From Candidatus Uhrbacteria bacterium (GTDB lineage Bacteria; Patescibacteriota; Patescibacteriia; UBA9934): a DNA stretch of 64,000 nucleotides. The DNA is taken from assembly GCA_018664485.1 (NCBI GenBank), contig JABJOE010000006.1:71294-135293 (forward strand). Direction: 5' to 3'. The translations under genes and the position numbers were made by a program. The notes beneath the pieces are model-generated. The model saw only the letters and a program-made list of their open reading frames with translations. It was not told the origin of the DNA and made no database searches. Shown here one piece after another: positions 10,096 through 20,212 of the stretch. Numbering within the stretch: position 1 is the first letter of the stretch; each line of letters starts with the position of its first letter.

Positions 10096-10257
10096 ATTTA
10101 TATGGTTTAAGTGTGACTTCCCGCCGCGTTCTGGCGGTACTCACTATTTATAATTTACTCAGTTGGCACATTTGGACCAATTTCAGAGTATGGAAGCGTC
10201 CGCAGAGTGCAGGGCAATCCATTTGCTGAAAATGATCCAAATGTATTGATCTTAAAT

Positions 10258-10677
10258 TTACTTCTTTGGCTTCTTTACTCCGTACTTTGAACGACCACGA
10301 TTTCGTCCTTCAACTCCAGCCGTGTCATATCGTCCACGTACAACAGTGTAACGAACACCAGCTAGGTCCTTAACTCCACCTCCACGTACCAATACGATAG
10401 AGTGCTCCTGAAGGTTATGACCCTCACCTGGAATGTAAGCGATCACTTCCTGACCGTTTGAGAGACGAACACGCGCCACCTTTCGTAGAGCCGAGTTCGG
10501 CTTCTTTGGTGTAGTTGTATACACACGAACGCATACTCCACGCTTTGCCGGAGCTCCACGACGCAACTCAGTGCGCTTTCGGTGAAGACTGTCCGTTGTA
10601 AACTGCAAAGCAGGCGCATCAGACTTTTTAGTCTTTCGCTTGCGTCCCTTTCGAATAAGTTGGTTGATTGTAGGCAT
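10258..10677 (-). CDS. rpsL: 30S ribosomal protein S12
   Basis: 139 aa; [12 protein letters not shown].. and [10 protein letters not shown] motifs. Confidence 0.95.
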   Translation of the reverse strand: MPTINQLIRKGRKRKTKKSDAPALQFTTDSLHRKRTELRRGAPAKRGVCVRVYTTTPKKPNSALRKVARVRLSNGQEVIAYIPGEGHNLQEHSIVLVRGGGVKDLAGVRYTVVRGRYDTAGVEGRNRGRSKYGVKKPKK

Positions 10678-11017
10678 GTTTTACACGTAAATTACGAAAT
10701 TGGACGCTAAAGGCCCTTTGAAAATAACGCGCGAAGAGTAACATGTGGGCCAAAATACGTCAAGAATGCTCAGGGTTATGAATATGGAGCTGAGTCTGCG
10801 CTGTCAAAGGATAGATCCATCAAAGTAGCTATCAGGATTGGGCGTCCGTTATTATATTTTCTCATTAGAATATAGGGAAAGGTTATAACGGAGACAATCC
10901 TGCATTCTAGCTACTCTTGCCGGGCCATAACCTATAACGTGCTCGGAAGACCTTATTTGAGCAGAATCCTTCGTTAGAGGTGAAGGGTGAAAGTTTTATA
11001 TTTTCGGTCCCGATGGA

Positions 11018-11434
11018 TTGACGTGGCGTATAAAATACGATAATAAAGGTAGTAGTTACATATTTCACACTCCGGGAGCAGATATATTCATTCCAGGTTC
11101 TAAATACCCGCTCACAATCTCTCTACCGCCAGCCCAGCAAGGCAAACCAGCCCGCACTGAGCTAATTGTGCTCACCTTCATTGCCCACAAGATCTACTGG
11201 GACGTCGTCATCCAAAACGGCAAAACCGAACACCACCTCAAAGTGCAAGTGATCGGCGTCAGGTTAGTTCCTGATGTTGAAAAAACGATCCACCCGGATC
11301 TCACCCATGGCATTAAGATCAAGATGAGGCTCAAGGACGATCGTCCAAAGATGCTGCCAGCCACCATAGAAGTCTCATGCATACTGAAAAAGGACGGGAA
11401 ATTCCACGGGTCTCTTCTCGTTAACGGTAATTAG
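11018..11434 (+). CDS. Hypothetical protein (138 aa)
   Basis: ORF only; its start coincides with a promoter-like TTGACG-17-TAATAA sequence, so the ORF may be spurious. Confidence 0.3.
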   Translation: MTWRIKYDNKGSSYIFHTPGADIFIPGSKYPLTISLPPAQQGKPARTELIVLTFIAHKIYWDVVIQNGKTEHHLKVQVIGVRLVPDVEKTIHPDLTHGIKIKMRLKDDRPKMLPATIEVSCILKKDGKFHGSLLVNGN

Positions 11435-11557
11435 CCATGAGCACAAACAACTTGCCTCGCTCCGACCCTCGTGTTGGAAAGCGGGGCTTTGTTTTAAACC
11501 AAAAAGAACCCGGCTAGGCCGAATTCTTTTGTATTTGTATGTTGCTTTTTGTGGCCT

Positions 11558-14500
11558 CTACTTCGACTTGAGTGACAGATCGACTCTCTTTATCAGCTTG
11601 GACAAGTCAACGTCCATTAGTGTTGCGTCGTCTACCGCATCACCTACATCAAAGTGTGAGAAGAATGCCGGGTTCATGTCTACAACATAGTCAGCCCAGT
11701 CTGCACCGAAGAGATCAATTGCTACCTCTTCATCTGTAATCCAACGCAGCTGTGGTCGTAGTACTTCCCCTTCCTGCTCTGTGAGCATATATACATATGG
11801 AATGGACTGGATCTTTACCAATACAGAACCAGGCTTTGGAAGCATTAGTCCGTCTACTGACATTGAAACCATTTCCTCATATTCTATCTCTTCAATCTCG
11901 TCGAATGAATCTGCCCATGTGAAGTATGCAAGTGAGTTTACAAACGGTCGACGTGTTCCAATGTTTGTTACACAATATACAGTTGAGAACTCGTGGTACT
12001 TCACAAATCTATCTGTACAGTACACTCCGCTCTTTGCATTTTCCGCCTCCTCCTCTTCCACAACCTCTTCTTCCTCACCAAATAGATACTCGGCAGATGA
12101 CGCAGTACTTAATATATTGGCGATATCGTTGAGCTCTACTTTGAAAATAATTTCATCTCCTTCCTCTACTCCTTCTGGAGTCCAGTTGTAAGTACTGTTG
12201 TTAAACATGTACTGCTCAATGACTGTGTAGGTAGAGCCACTATTTAATGAGTAGGAAAGATCGACCAAATTCTCAGGACCAAGAGTAGTCCATGTGAGTT
12301 TAATCTTCTCATCAATACTAAGTGACGTTACTGTCTTTGAGGAGTCCACTGGCTGGTACACACGCAAGCTTCCAACTGACGGATCTACACTGTCATATAC
12401 AGTGGAAGATGAAGAAGCGCTTGCAGTTGTAAACGTTGCAGGGTGTGTAACTCCAGCTGCCGGACCAATGAGTGCATTTCCAGTGGTGTCGTTTGCAGTT
12501 GTTGTTGTAAACGTTATGTCAGAAGATCCGGAGAACTGACCTGAGTGTGAAATTGTAAGAGTTGTGTCTGACACACTCCAAGCGTTTGAGAGTCCTGACG
12601 GTGAGTCATCGAAGGAATATGCAGTGGAGCCAGTGTTAATTGCCTCGGAGAAAACAACGACTACGTCAGCCGAACGGCTAACATCTGTAGCCCCATCTGC
12701 CGGGGTAATGCTGACAATGACAGCACCAGCGGCGTCTGCAATTGCAACGGCGCTAATGTCGACGACAGCGTTAGCGTCTGTGTCATCCAATGAGTCGGCA
12801 GTTCCGTTTGCAGCAGTATATGCAAATGTAAGTGTTGGACCAGTTGTGTTTGCAACTGTGTTTGTAAGTGTTAATCGGAGATCTGTTGTAGACGCCACAC
12901 ATGCAGACACGGCAATAGATCCGGCGTCAGCACCACCAATGGTGTAGTCCCCGGCTTCGCATTCTCCAACCTCGATCGTTTCTGAGAAAACAATATCAAG
13001 GCGGTCAATATCACCGTCTGTATCTAAATCTTTGTATGACTGAGAAACATTCACTGGACTTGCCTCGTCAGACAGTGACGTTGCACCAATGGATGATATA
13101 GCGTTTGAAGTACCATCTAGAATAGATCCGGTAGACGCGGTAAAAGCGAGCGTCGGCTCCGTTCCACCTGACACACCCGTGAGGTTCGCGGCTGCAGACC
13201 CCGTAAGGACAATGGCAGTTGACCCGTTTCCAGATGAGTATCCACTCACGTCGAAGCTTGTAAGTGTGTTTGCAACTGCAGTCCAATCTCCATCGCTGTA
13301 TGTAACGGTGACAGGCTCTGTGAAGGTAAGTGTTACCTGGTCGATGGTTCCGTCAGCGTTTGCGTCACCGTACGCAGGAGCGTTTGCACCATCTGTTCGC
13401 ATGACTGCGGCGGCACCGTCGGTCAGTGACGCCGCTGACAAACTAGCAAGTACATTGGAGTTTGCATCCACGAGTGAGTTTGCGGTGTCATTTGATGCGT
13501 CGTAAGCAAAGGTTAGTGTGAGAAGTGTGTCCAAACTTGGAGCGGTGGTAAGCGTATATCGAACATCCGTTCCACTCACAACACAAGCGCTCACAGCCAT
13601 AGATCCAGCATCTGCGCCGGCAATTGCATAGTCCCCAACCTCACAGGTAGCAACTGTAATTACCTCGGTGAATGTGAGGTCAGCGCGGTCTACAGTTCCG
13701 TCACCGTTTGCGTCAACATATGTTTGAGATACAAGTTGTGGTAATGCTAAGTCAGTCAAAGTAACAGCTGGCACGGACGTCACAGCAGAGCTCGCAGCGT
13801 CCAAAAGTGACCCGGCAGTTTCATTGTTTGCATAGCTCCATGTAAAGGAAAGGCTCGTGTCGTTGGAAGGAGCATTGGCAACAGTAAAGGTAATTGTTGA
13901 TCCACCAACAGAGCACCCTGAGCTGTCTACAACGGCGATCGTACCTGCGTCAGTACCAGCAAACACAAAGTCTTCCGTTTCACACTCATCAAGCGTAATG
14001 CTCTCCGAGAATGAAACAGTAACTCGGTCTACTTTTCCATCGGTATCATTATCTAAGTAAGTTTGACCTGTTGAAACTGGAGCAGCCAGGTCTGTCAAAG
14101 CCGCAGCTGTAAGGTCAGCGACTGCGTTTCCGGCAGTGTCATCTAGCGAATTGGATGTTCCGTTTGCAGCAGTGTATGCCAAGGTCAATGTGAGGGCCGT
14201 ATCATTTGAGGGCGCTGAAGATACCGTAAGTTGCAGACTCGTAGTTGATGTTGCACAAGATGCAATTGAGATTGAACCCGCATCTGCCCCACCGACTGTA
14301 TAGTCACCAGCCTCACATTCGTCGTATGCGATATTTTCTGTAAATACGATGTCAAAACGATCTACCTGCCCGTCAGCATTCACATCTTTATATGCTTGCG
14401 ATACTTTGATCGGAGCAGCCTGATCAGTGACCGCCTTATCACTAAAGGAAGCCGCATCTTCGCTTCCACCATCTTGAAGTGAACCACTGGTACCCGATGA

Positions 14501-17500
14501 CGCCGTATAATTCCACTCAATATCAATATTAGTATCGCTCGACGGAGTATTTGAAAGTGTTAGTCGAAGATCTGACCCTGATGTTGCACAAGCGCTCACA
14601 GCGATAGTACCTGAATCATCTCCACCGAAAGTGTAGTCTCCGAATTCGCACTCATCGAGCGTTGGCATCTCAGAGAAAGTTACATCTAACCGATCAATGG
14701 TTCCATCTGAATTTATATCTTTGTAGCCAATAGCCAAGATCGCCATCGCAGCACCATCTGCAACACCTGATTCCGGTAGCGAAGGTACGGTTGTGGTTCC
14801 GTCAGAAATCGATCCTGTAGTTGCGGTAAATTCTATAGTTGGCTCTGTTCCGCCAGCAACTCCAGTTACACCAACATCTGCTGTGGCTGTAAGGATAATT
14901 GAAGCCGATCCGTTTCCAGAGTCATATGCAGACACATCAAAGCCTGATAGATCGTTAGCAGTTACAGCCCAGTCTCCATCGGCATATACAATCGTGACAT
15001 CTTCCGTAAACACAGCGGTCACCTGGTCAATAGTTCCGTCTCCATCATCATCTTGATATGTAAATGACATGAGTACTGGAATAGCCCCGTCAGTAAGTGC
15101 CACCGTCGTGATATCTGTAGCATCGTTTCCTGCAGCGTCATCCAGCGAGTTTGCGGTTCCGTTTGATGCGTCGTATGCAAAAGTTAATGCCAGATTTGTG
15201 TCGTTTGAAGGCGCTCCGGTAAGCGTTAGTCGCAGATCAGTTCCAGACACTGCACAAGCTGAGATTGCAACAGATCCGATGTCAGCGCCAGCTAGCGTGA
15301 AGTCAGCAGTCTCACATTCGTTTACCGTAATCGTTTCAGAGAAAACAACATCAAGTCTATCTATCGTTCCATTTGCACTCGCATCCTTATATGAGCGAGT
15401 CATATCGACAGGAATGGCTTCGTCAACCAATGTAGTTGCAGATATTCCACTCAGTGAAGCACCTCCCCCATCAACAATAGAACCACTTGAAGGTGTGAAT
15501 GCTAAAGTTGGCTCCGTTCCACCCGAGACACCGGTCAAACTAGCGTTTGCAGATGCTGTGAGTAGAATCTGTGTTGTACCGTTTCCAGAAAGATACGCTC
15601 CAGTATCAAAACCTGTGAGGTCATTTGCTGTAGCAGACCAATCTCCATCGCTGTACGTTAGAGTTGCAGCTTCAGTAAAGGTAAGTCGAACTCGATCAAT
15701 CGTACCGTCTTCATTATCGTCTAGATACGCCATCTTATTTGAACCGTCTGTTCGAAGTGCAGGGGCTGCAGCGTCATCAACAGTCTCGGCGCTAAATGCA
15801 GCGTCGGTATTGGAATTCGCGTCAGTAATAGATCCACCAGATGCCGTGAAGGCTAGAGTAGGTTCCGTTCCACCTGCTACACCGGTAGTATTCGATTGAG
15901 CTGTTGCCGTTAAGTAGATTGTTGCAGTACCATTTCCAGATGAGATAGCTGACACATCGAAACTTGTGAGGTCGTTTGCCGTTGCAGTCCAATCCCCATC
16001 TGTATATGCAATAGTTACAGCCTCTGAGAACTTCAACCGAACCCTGTCAACCGTTCCGTCTGTATTATTATCCTCGTATTGAATGTCATTTGAACCATCA
16101 GTTCTAAGGAATGGGTTTGCATTGTCAACTATCGACACGCTGCCATCCGGGTTTGACGTTGCATTAGTACCATCGGTCCACTCACTTGTAATTCCAGAAA
16201 CAGCAGCAGATCCAGCCCCCGTATTGATAGCCACCTGACCAACGACGCTGGACAAAGTCACCACAGCCGACGACCCCGCTGGGTCAGAAATTGTTGCGGA
16301 ACTCACAGTCTGCCCATCAGGTAAAAGAATAGTTCCAAAGTCAGCCAGAACAGGTGCAGCAGAATCGTTAGTATCCACATCCTCAGACCAGGTCATTACA
16401 ATTTGATCGATCAATCCGTTTCCTCCAGTATCATCTATCGCCAGGCTCGCAAGTACGGGTGCCGCAGCGTCAGCTAAAGTCAAAGCACTAATATCAGCCA
16501 CAGCATTTGCGGCAGAGTCATCAAGTGAGCCTGCTGTACCATTCGCTTCTGTATACGCAACTGTAAACGTCAGAAGAGTATCATTAGCCGGAGCGCTTGA
16601 AAGTGTAAGTTGAAGATCAGCTGAAGACGTCGCGCAAGATGCGACAGATATTGATCCAGCATCCGCTCCACCTATCGTAAAGTCCCCTCCCTCACATTCA
16701 TCAACTGCGATATTCTCAGAAAACGTAATATCAACACGATCTACCTGTCCGTCCAAATCTGTATCAAGATAGCTCTGCGTTCCGATTGAAACTGGAGCCG
16801 CCCCGTCAGCAAGGGCAGTTGCGGAAATATCTGCAACAGCATTTCCGGCGCTATCGTCAAGTGAACTCGCTGTACCGTTTGCCGCAGTGTAAGCAACCGT
16901 AAGCGTAAGATTTGTGTCATTGCTTGGCGCGTTTGAAATGGTGAGACGTAAGTCATCTCCACTTGCCACACATGAAGCAACCGCGATGCTACCCGCATCT
17001 GCACCACCTGCCGTGTAGTCACCTGCTTCACATTCATCAAGTCCAATGTTTTCACTGAAAGTAATATCAATCCGGTCGATGGTTCCATCTGAATTTGTGT
17101 CTTTATAGGCTCCAAATGTTGCTGCAGGAGCAGCTTCATCTGTCGCTGTCACGGAGTCAGACGTGAGCTCACCTCCTAGAGTTGTTTCAACTGACCCAAC
17201 AACCGAGACTAGTGGTAATGCGTCAGTATCTCCTGATCCCGACTCCGTTAGAATAATAGTCACTATACCCGCCGACGTCTCAGATGCAGAGGACACAGTA
17301 AACCCAGCGACTGTAAAATCAGAACCTGCTACGGTTGAAGCATTTAAATCTAAATCGAATGTAGCAATAATCTGATCAATTTGACCATTGCCATCATCAT
17401 CCTTTGTTACCGATGAAGTTAAATCCGGAGGAGTGGCCGAAGCACTGGTATACAGTGTACCTGCAGTACCATTCTGACCTGTTCCTGAACCAGAACCGGC

Positions 17501-19504
17501 TGCAGCAAGAACGGTATTTCCGTCTGAAATGAAAGTAGTAAGCGTGTCTCCAGATGTTGAAGAGTACGTAATTGAAACACGCCCACCTCCTCCACCACCA
17601 GAATCTTGTGTATCTCCACCGTTAGCGTCTCCACCGGTTGTAGTCAAGGTTCCACTAGAGCCCGCATACGGACCAGATGTAATATAAATTGAACCACCAG
17701 AACCTCCACCAGGAGATCTATTGGTGAGGGCATTGGTCGGGTCTCCACCGTTAGCACTAATCGTACCAGCGTGCGTCAATGTACCGGACACATCCAAACG
17801 AATAATTCCTCCACCAGGTCCTGCAACTGAATTTGATTCATTTGTATGTCCTCCAGTAGAACCATACAAAACCGGCGCAGTATTAGAACCATAGGTTCCA
17901 CCACCAGCACCACCAGAACCTCCATTACCGGTACCACCAGCACCACCATGTCCTCCTCCACCAGCATTTGAGTTACCCCCACCAGCACCCGTTTCGCTCC
18001 TTGTACACGCGTTTGAACCATCAGGCCCCTTACCGTCTACTGCTGATCCAGGAAAGTTTTCCGTACAGCCATATTCATCTGCATTTATAGAAGTACTTGA
18101 ACCAACCGAAAGAGCTACCAGATTAGTCCAGCTAACATTAGACCTAATACTAGTTGTTCCGGTTAGATCAATTGTTGCGGCATCATCTATAACAAACGTT
18201 CCACGAACACCTCCAGTAATTGTAACGTCATCCCATGTAGTGGTAACGCCTGCTGGAACAGTAAAATCAATATCGACACCTGTATTATTAACATTGATAG
18301 TTGATCCGCTGGCAATATCAAAATCATTTCCACCAGTAAATACAACGTCAGTTAAAGAAGCGTCAGTACACGTAAGTGTTCCTCCAAAATAAAACTCATC
18401 GGTAGCCGTTAGAGTTACATCTGCAGTTCCAGACTCACATGCAATAACAGATGTATCAAATCTCAATCCACCTGAGCTGGTTACGTTCGTAGCGTCGACA
18501 TAAAGTTGATAATAGTAAACAACGTCACTAGTTGCGGAGCCTAAAGTGTAAGCTGAACCATCAGTTCCATCAGCTGCGGACCCCGGCCCAGAACCACCCG
18601 AAACAAGAAAATCATTGGCAGCCATACCTCCCCCTCCGTTGAAAGAGTCTGTCGTGTATAACAATGAAATAATCCCTCCACCTCCACCTCCACCGTCAGC
18701 GGAGCTGTTATCACCTCCAGCACCACCGATCGCGGAGAACGTACCGGTAGAACCAGCGAGAGTACCCGTCGAGATAAATATAGACCCACCCGATCCACCA
18801 CCTCCAGCACGGTTCGTACTATTTGTACCACCAACAGCACCGTCTGATTCGATAATTCCATTATTAGTAAGCGTGGTCGTTACATCGATTCGAACAACAC
18901 CTCCTCCAGCACCACCTACTCCAGCGTTTCCAGACCCACCAGACGTACCGAATAGTAGCGGACCAGTCACTGTATCGTAATGAGATCCTGCAGCCTTAGT
19001 CGTTCCCGCACCACCGTTCCCACCATGACCTGACCCACCCGCACCCGTCGTACTAGTTGAGGCACCGATTCCAGCACCTGCAGTTGCAAGCGTACAGACA
19101 TTAGAACCGCTAGGCCCATAACCTGTATTGTTATTTGTAGATGTACAACCCTGACCATCTCCAGAAATAGAAGAACCGCTATCAATTTGAAGGTTGTCAG
19201 TTTTGAGGTATGGGTACCATCCATTAACTTGGTCTCCATCAAATGTAAGAGTAGAGGTTGAAGTTACAAGAATATCTACACCAGTACAGTCCCAATAATC
19301 CCCGAGTGCAGCATATCCAGTTGTATTCCAACTAGTGCTAGAGCTAATCGTAATAGTACCATCAGCGGTTGCGTCATCGTCACCGGCCCCACCGTCTGTT
19401 GCGGGACATGAAACTGCCGCAGCAGACACACTTTGAAAACCAAAAAAGATTCCCAACAAAGAGAAAATGACGATAAACAAACTCAGTCGTAAATAACGCG
19501 TCAT
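11558..19504 (-). CDS. Giant secreted cell-surface protein (2648 aa): signal peptide, Gly-rich beta-helix-like N-terminal third, then >=15 tandem ~95-100-aa Ig-like repeats, Big-like domain and acidic C-terminal domain
   Basis: N-terminus MTRYLRLSLFIVIFSLLGIFFGFQSVSAAA; GGxGGxG-rich tracts; recurring DGTIDR(V/L)D(I/V)TFSE..ECE(A/G)GDYT.GGADAGSIAV.SC..DLRLTLS.APSNDT.LTLT.AY.A.NGTA.SLDD unit, alternating with a Cys-free variant; ITPADGATDV Big-type segment near the C-terminus. Confidence 0.85.
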   Translation of the reverse strand: MTRYLRLSLFIVIFSLLGIFFGFQSVSAAAVSCPATDGGAGDDDATADGTITISSSTSWNTTGYAALGDYWDCTGVDILVTSTSTLTFDGDQVNGWYPYLKTDNLQIDSGSSISGDGQGCTSTNNNTGYGPSGSNVCTLATAGAGIGASTSTTGAGGSGHGGNGGAGTTKAAGSHYDTVTGPLLFGTSGGSGNAGVGGAGGGVVRIDVTTTLTNNGIIESDGAVGGTNSTNRAGGGGSGGSIFISTGTLAGSTGTFSAIGGAGGDNSSADGGGGGGGIISLLYTTDSFNGGGGMAANDFLVSGGSGPGSAADGTDGSAYTLGSATSDVVYYYQLYVDATNVTSSGGLRFDTSVIACESGTADVTLTATDEFYFGGTLTCTDASLTDVVFTGGNDFDIASGSTINVNNTGVDIDFTVPAGVTTTWDDVTITGGVRGTFVIDDAATIDLTGTTSIRSNVSWTNLVALSVGSSTSINADEYGCTENFPGSAVDGKGPDGSNACTRSETGAGGGNSNAGGGGHGGAGGTGNGGSGGAGGGTYGSNTAPVLYGSTGGHTNESNSVAGPGGGIIRLDVSGTLTHAGTISANGGDPTNALTNRSPGGGSGGSIYITSGPYAGSSGTLTTTGGDANGGDTQDSGGGGGGRVSITYSSTSGDTLTTFISDGNTVLAAAGSGSGTGQNGTAGTLYTSASATPPDLTSSVTKDDDGNGQIDQIIATFDLDLNASTVAGSDFTVAGFTVSSASETSAGIVTIILTESGSGDTDALPLVSVVGSVETTLGGELTSDSVTATDEAAPAATFGAYKDTNSDGTIDRIDITFSENIGLDECEAGDYTAGGADAGSIAVASCVASGDDLRLTISNAPSNDTNLTLTVAYTAANGTASSLDDSAGNAVADISATALADGAAPVSIGTQSYLDTDLDGQVDRVDITFSENIAVDECEGGDFTIGGADAGSISVASCATSSADLQLTLSSAPANDTLLTFTVAYTEANGTAGSLDDSAANAVADISALTLADAAAPVLASLAIDDTGGNGLIDQIVMTWSEDVDTNDSAAPVLADFGTILLPDGQTVSSATISDPAGSSAVVTLSSVVGQVAINTGAGSAAVSGITSEWTDGTNATSNPDGSVSIVDNANPFLRTDGSNDIQYEDNNTDGTVDRVRLKFSEAVTIAYTDGDWTATANDLTSFDVSAISSGNGTATIYLTATAQSNTTGVAGGTEPTLAFTASGGSITDANSNTDAAFSAETVDDAAAPALRTDGSNKMAYLDDNEDGTIDRVRLTFTEAATLTYSDGDWSATANDLTGFDTGAYLSGNGTTQILLTASANASLTGVSGGTEPTLAFTPSSGSIVDGGGASLSGISATTLVDEAIPVDMTRSYKDASANGTIDRLDVVFSETITVNECETADFTLAGADIGSVAISACAVSGTDLRLTLTGAPSNDTNLALTFAYDASNGTANSLDDAAGNDATDITTVALTDGAIPVLMSFTYQDDDGDGTIDQVTAVFTEDVTIVYADGDWAVTANDLSGFDVSAYDSGNGSASIILTATADVGVTGVAGGTEPTIEFTATTGSISDGTTTVPSLPESGVADGAAMAILAIGYKDINSDGTIDRLDVTFSEMPTLDECEFGDYTFGGDDSGTIAVSACATSGSDLRLTLSNTPSSDTNIDIEWNYTASSGTSGSLQDGGSEDAASFSDKAVTDQAAPIKVSQAYKDVNADGQVDRFDIVFTENIAYDECEAGDYTVGGADAGSISIASCATSTTSLQLTVSSAPSNDTALTLTLAYTAANGTSNSLDDTAGNAVADLTAAALTDLAAPVSTGQTYLDNDTDGKVDRVTVSFSESITLDECETEDFVFAGTDAGTIAVVDSSGCSVGGSTITFTVANAPSNDTSLSFTWSYANNETAGSLLDAASSAVTSVPAVTLTDLALPQLVSQTYVDANGDGTVDRADLTFTEVITVATCEVGDYAIAGADAGSMAVSACVVSGTDVRYTLTTAPSLDTLLTLTFAYDASNDTANSLVDANSNVLASLSAASLTDGAAAVMRTDGANAPAYGDANADGTIDQVTLTFTEPVTVTYSDGDWTAVANTLTSFDVSGYSSGNGSTAIVLTGSAAANLTGVSGGTEPTLAFTASTGSILDGTSNAISSIGATSLSDEASPVNVSQSYKDLDTDGDIDRLDIVFSETIEVGECEAGDYTIGGADAGSIAVSACVASTTDLRLTLTNTVANTTGPTLTFAYTAANGTADSLDDTDANAVVDISAVAIADAAGAVIVSITPADGATDVSRSADVVVVFSEAINTGSTAYSFDDSPSGLSNAWSVSDTTLTISHSGQFSGSSDITFTTTTANDTTGNALIGPAAGVTHPATFTTASASSSSTVYDSVDPSVGSLRVYQPVDSSKTVTSLSIDEKIKLTWTTLGPENLVDLSYSLNSGSTYTVIEQYMFNNSTYNWTPEGVEEGDEIIFKVELNDIANILSTASSAEYLFGEEEEVVEEEEAENAKSGVYCTDRFVKYHEFSTVYCVTNIGTRRPFVNSLAYFTWADSFDEIEEIEYEEMVSMSVDGLMLPKPGSVLVKIQSIPYVYMLTEQEGEVLRPQLRWITDEEVAIDLFGADWADYVVDMNPAFFSHFDVGDAVDDATLMDVDLSKLIKRVDLSLKSK

Positions 19505-19556
19505 GTAGCCGCATTATACACCCATTTACTTAGAAAAAAAGCTTACCTATGGACAA

Positions 19557-20210
19557 TTAGAAACATCGACCACCGATCAATAGATCACAGAGCGCCTCAG
19601 ACGGTACGCTGATGAAGAAAAATACGTTAAAGCTAGTCATGAAAGACAGGAATACTAATATAAGTAGCACTCGAGGCCCGTGCTGAGCGATAGCACGCCG
19701 AATTTTCTGATGCTCCGGCTTTGTAAGCAGTGCATCGAGCAATTTTGACCCGTCTAGCGGGTGAATTGGAATAATATTAAAGAAAAGAAGGTATAGATTG
19801 ATGATTATCAAAAGTATAAGAAAGAATCCCAGAGCGTTTCCGGCAACGATCATTCCGCCGGCATCCAAACCGCGAAATGCTATAGCTGAAAGAGTAGCTA
19901 CGATCAAATTTGACGCAGGGCCGGCAAGTGCAATCTTCACAGAATCCCATTTCGGGTCTTCTAAGTTGTATGGGTTAAACGGTACTGGTTTTGCCCAACC
20001 AAATCCCAGAAGAAGCAACGGAATAAACCCAACCGGGTCGATATGTGCTACCGGATTGAGTGTGAGTCGCCCCATAGCCTCGGCAGTCCGGTCGCCAAGA
20101 CGTTCGGCTGCGAGAGCGTGTGCGAACTCGTGCACAGTAAGCGACATTAAAATTACAGCTAACCAAACAAGGGCGAGAAACGGCTGTTGTGTAAGAAGAG
20201 AGATGAACAT
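19557..20210 (-). CDS. Peptidase M50 (site-2 protease-like) family membrane metalloprotease
   Basis: HEFAHA (HExxH) in the first TM region, multiple TM helices, NPxxxID-like segment. Confidence 0.75.
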   Translation of the reverse strand: MFISLLTQQPFLALVWLAVILMSLTVHEFAHALAAERLGDRTAEAMGRLTLNPVAHIDPVGFIPLLLLGFGWAKPVPFNPYNLEDPKWDSVKIALAGPASNLIVATLSAIAFRGLDAGGMIVAGNALGFFLILLIIINLYLLFFNIIPIHPLDGSKLLDALLTKPEHQKIRRAIAQHGPRVLLILVFLSFMTSFNVFFFISVPSEALCDLLIGGRCF

Positions 20211-20212
20211 AA

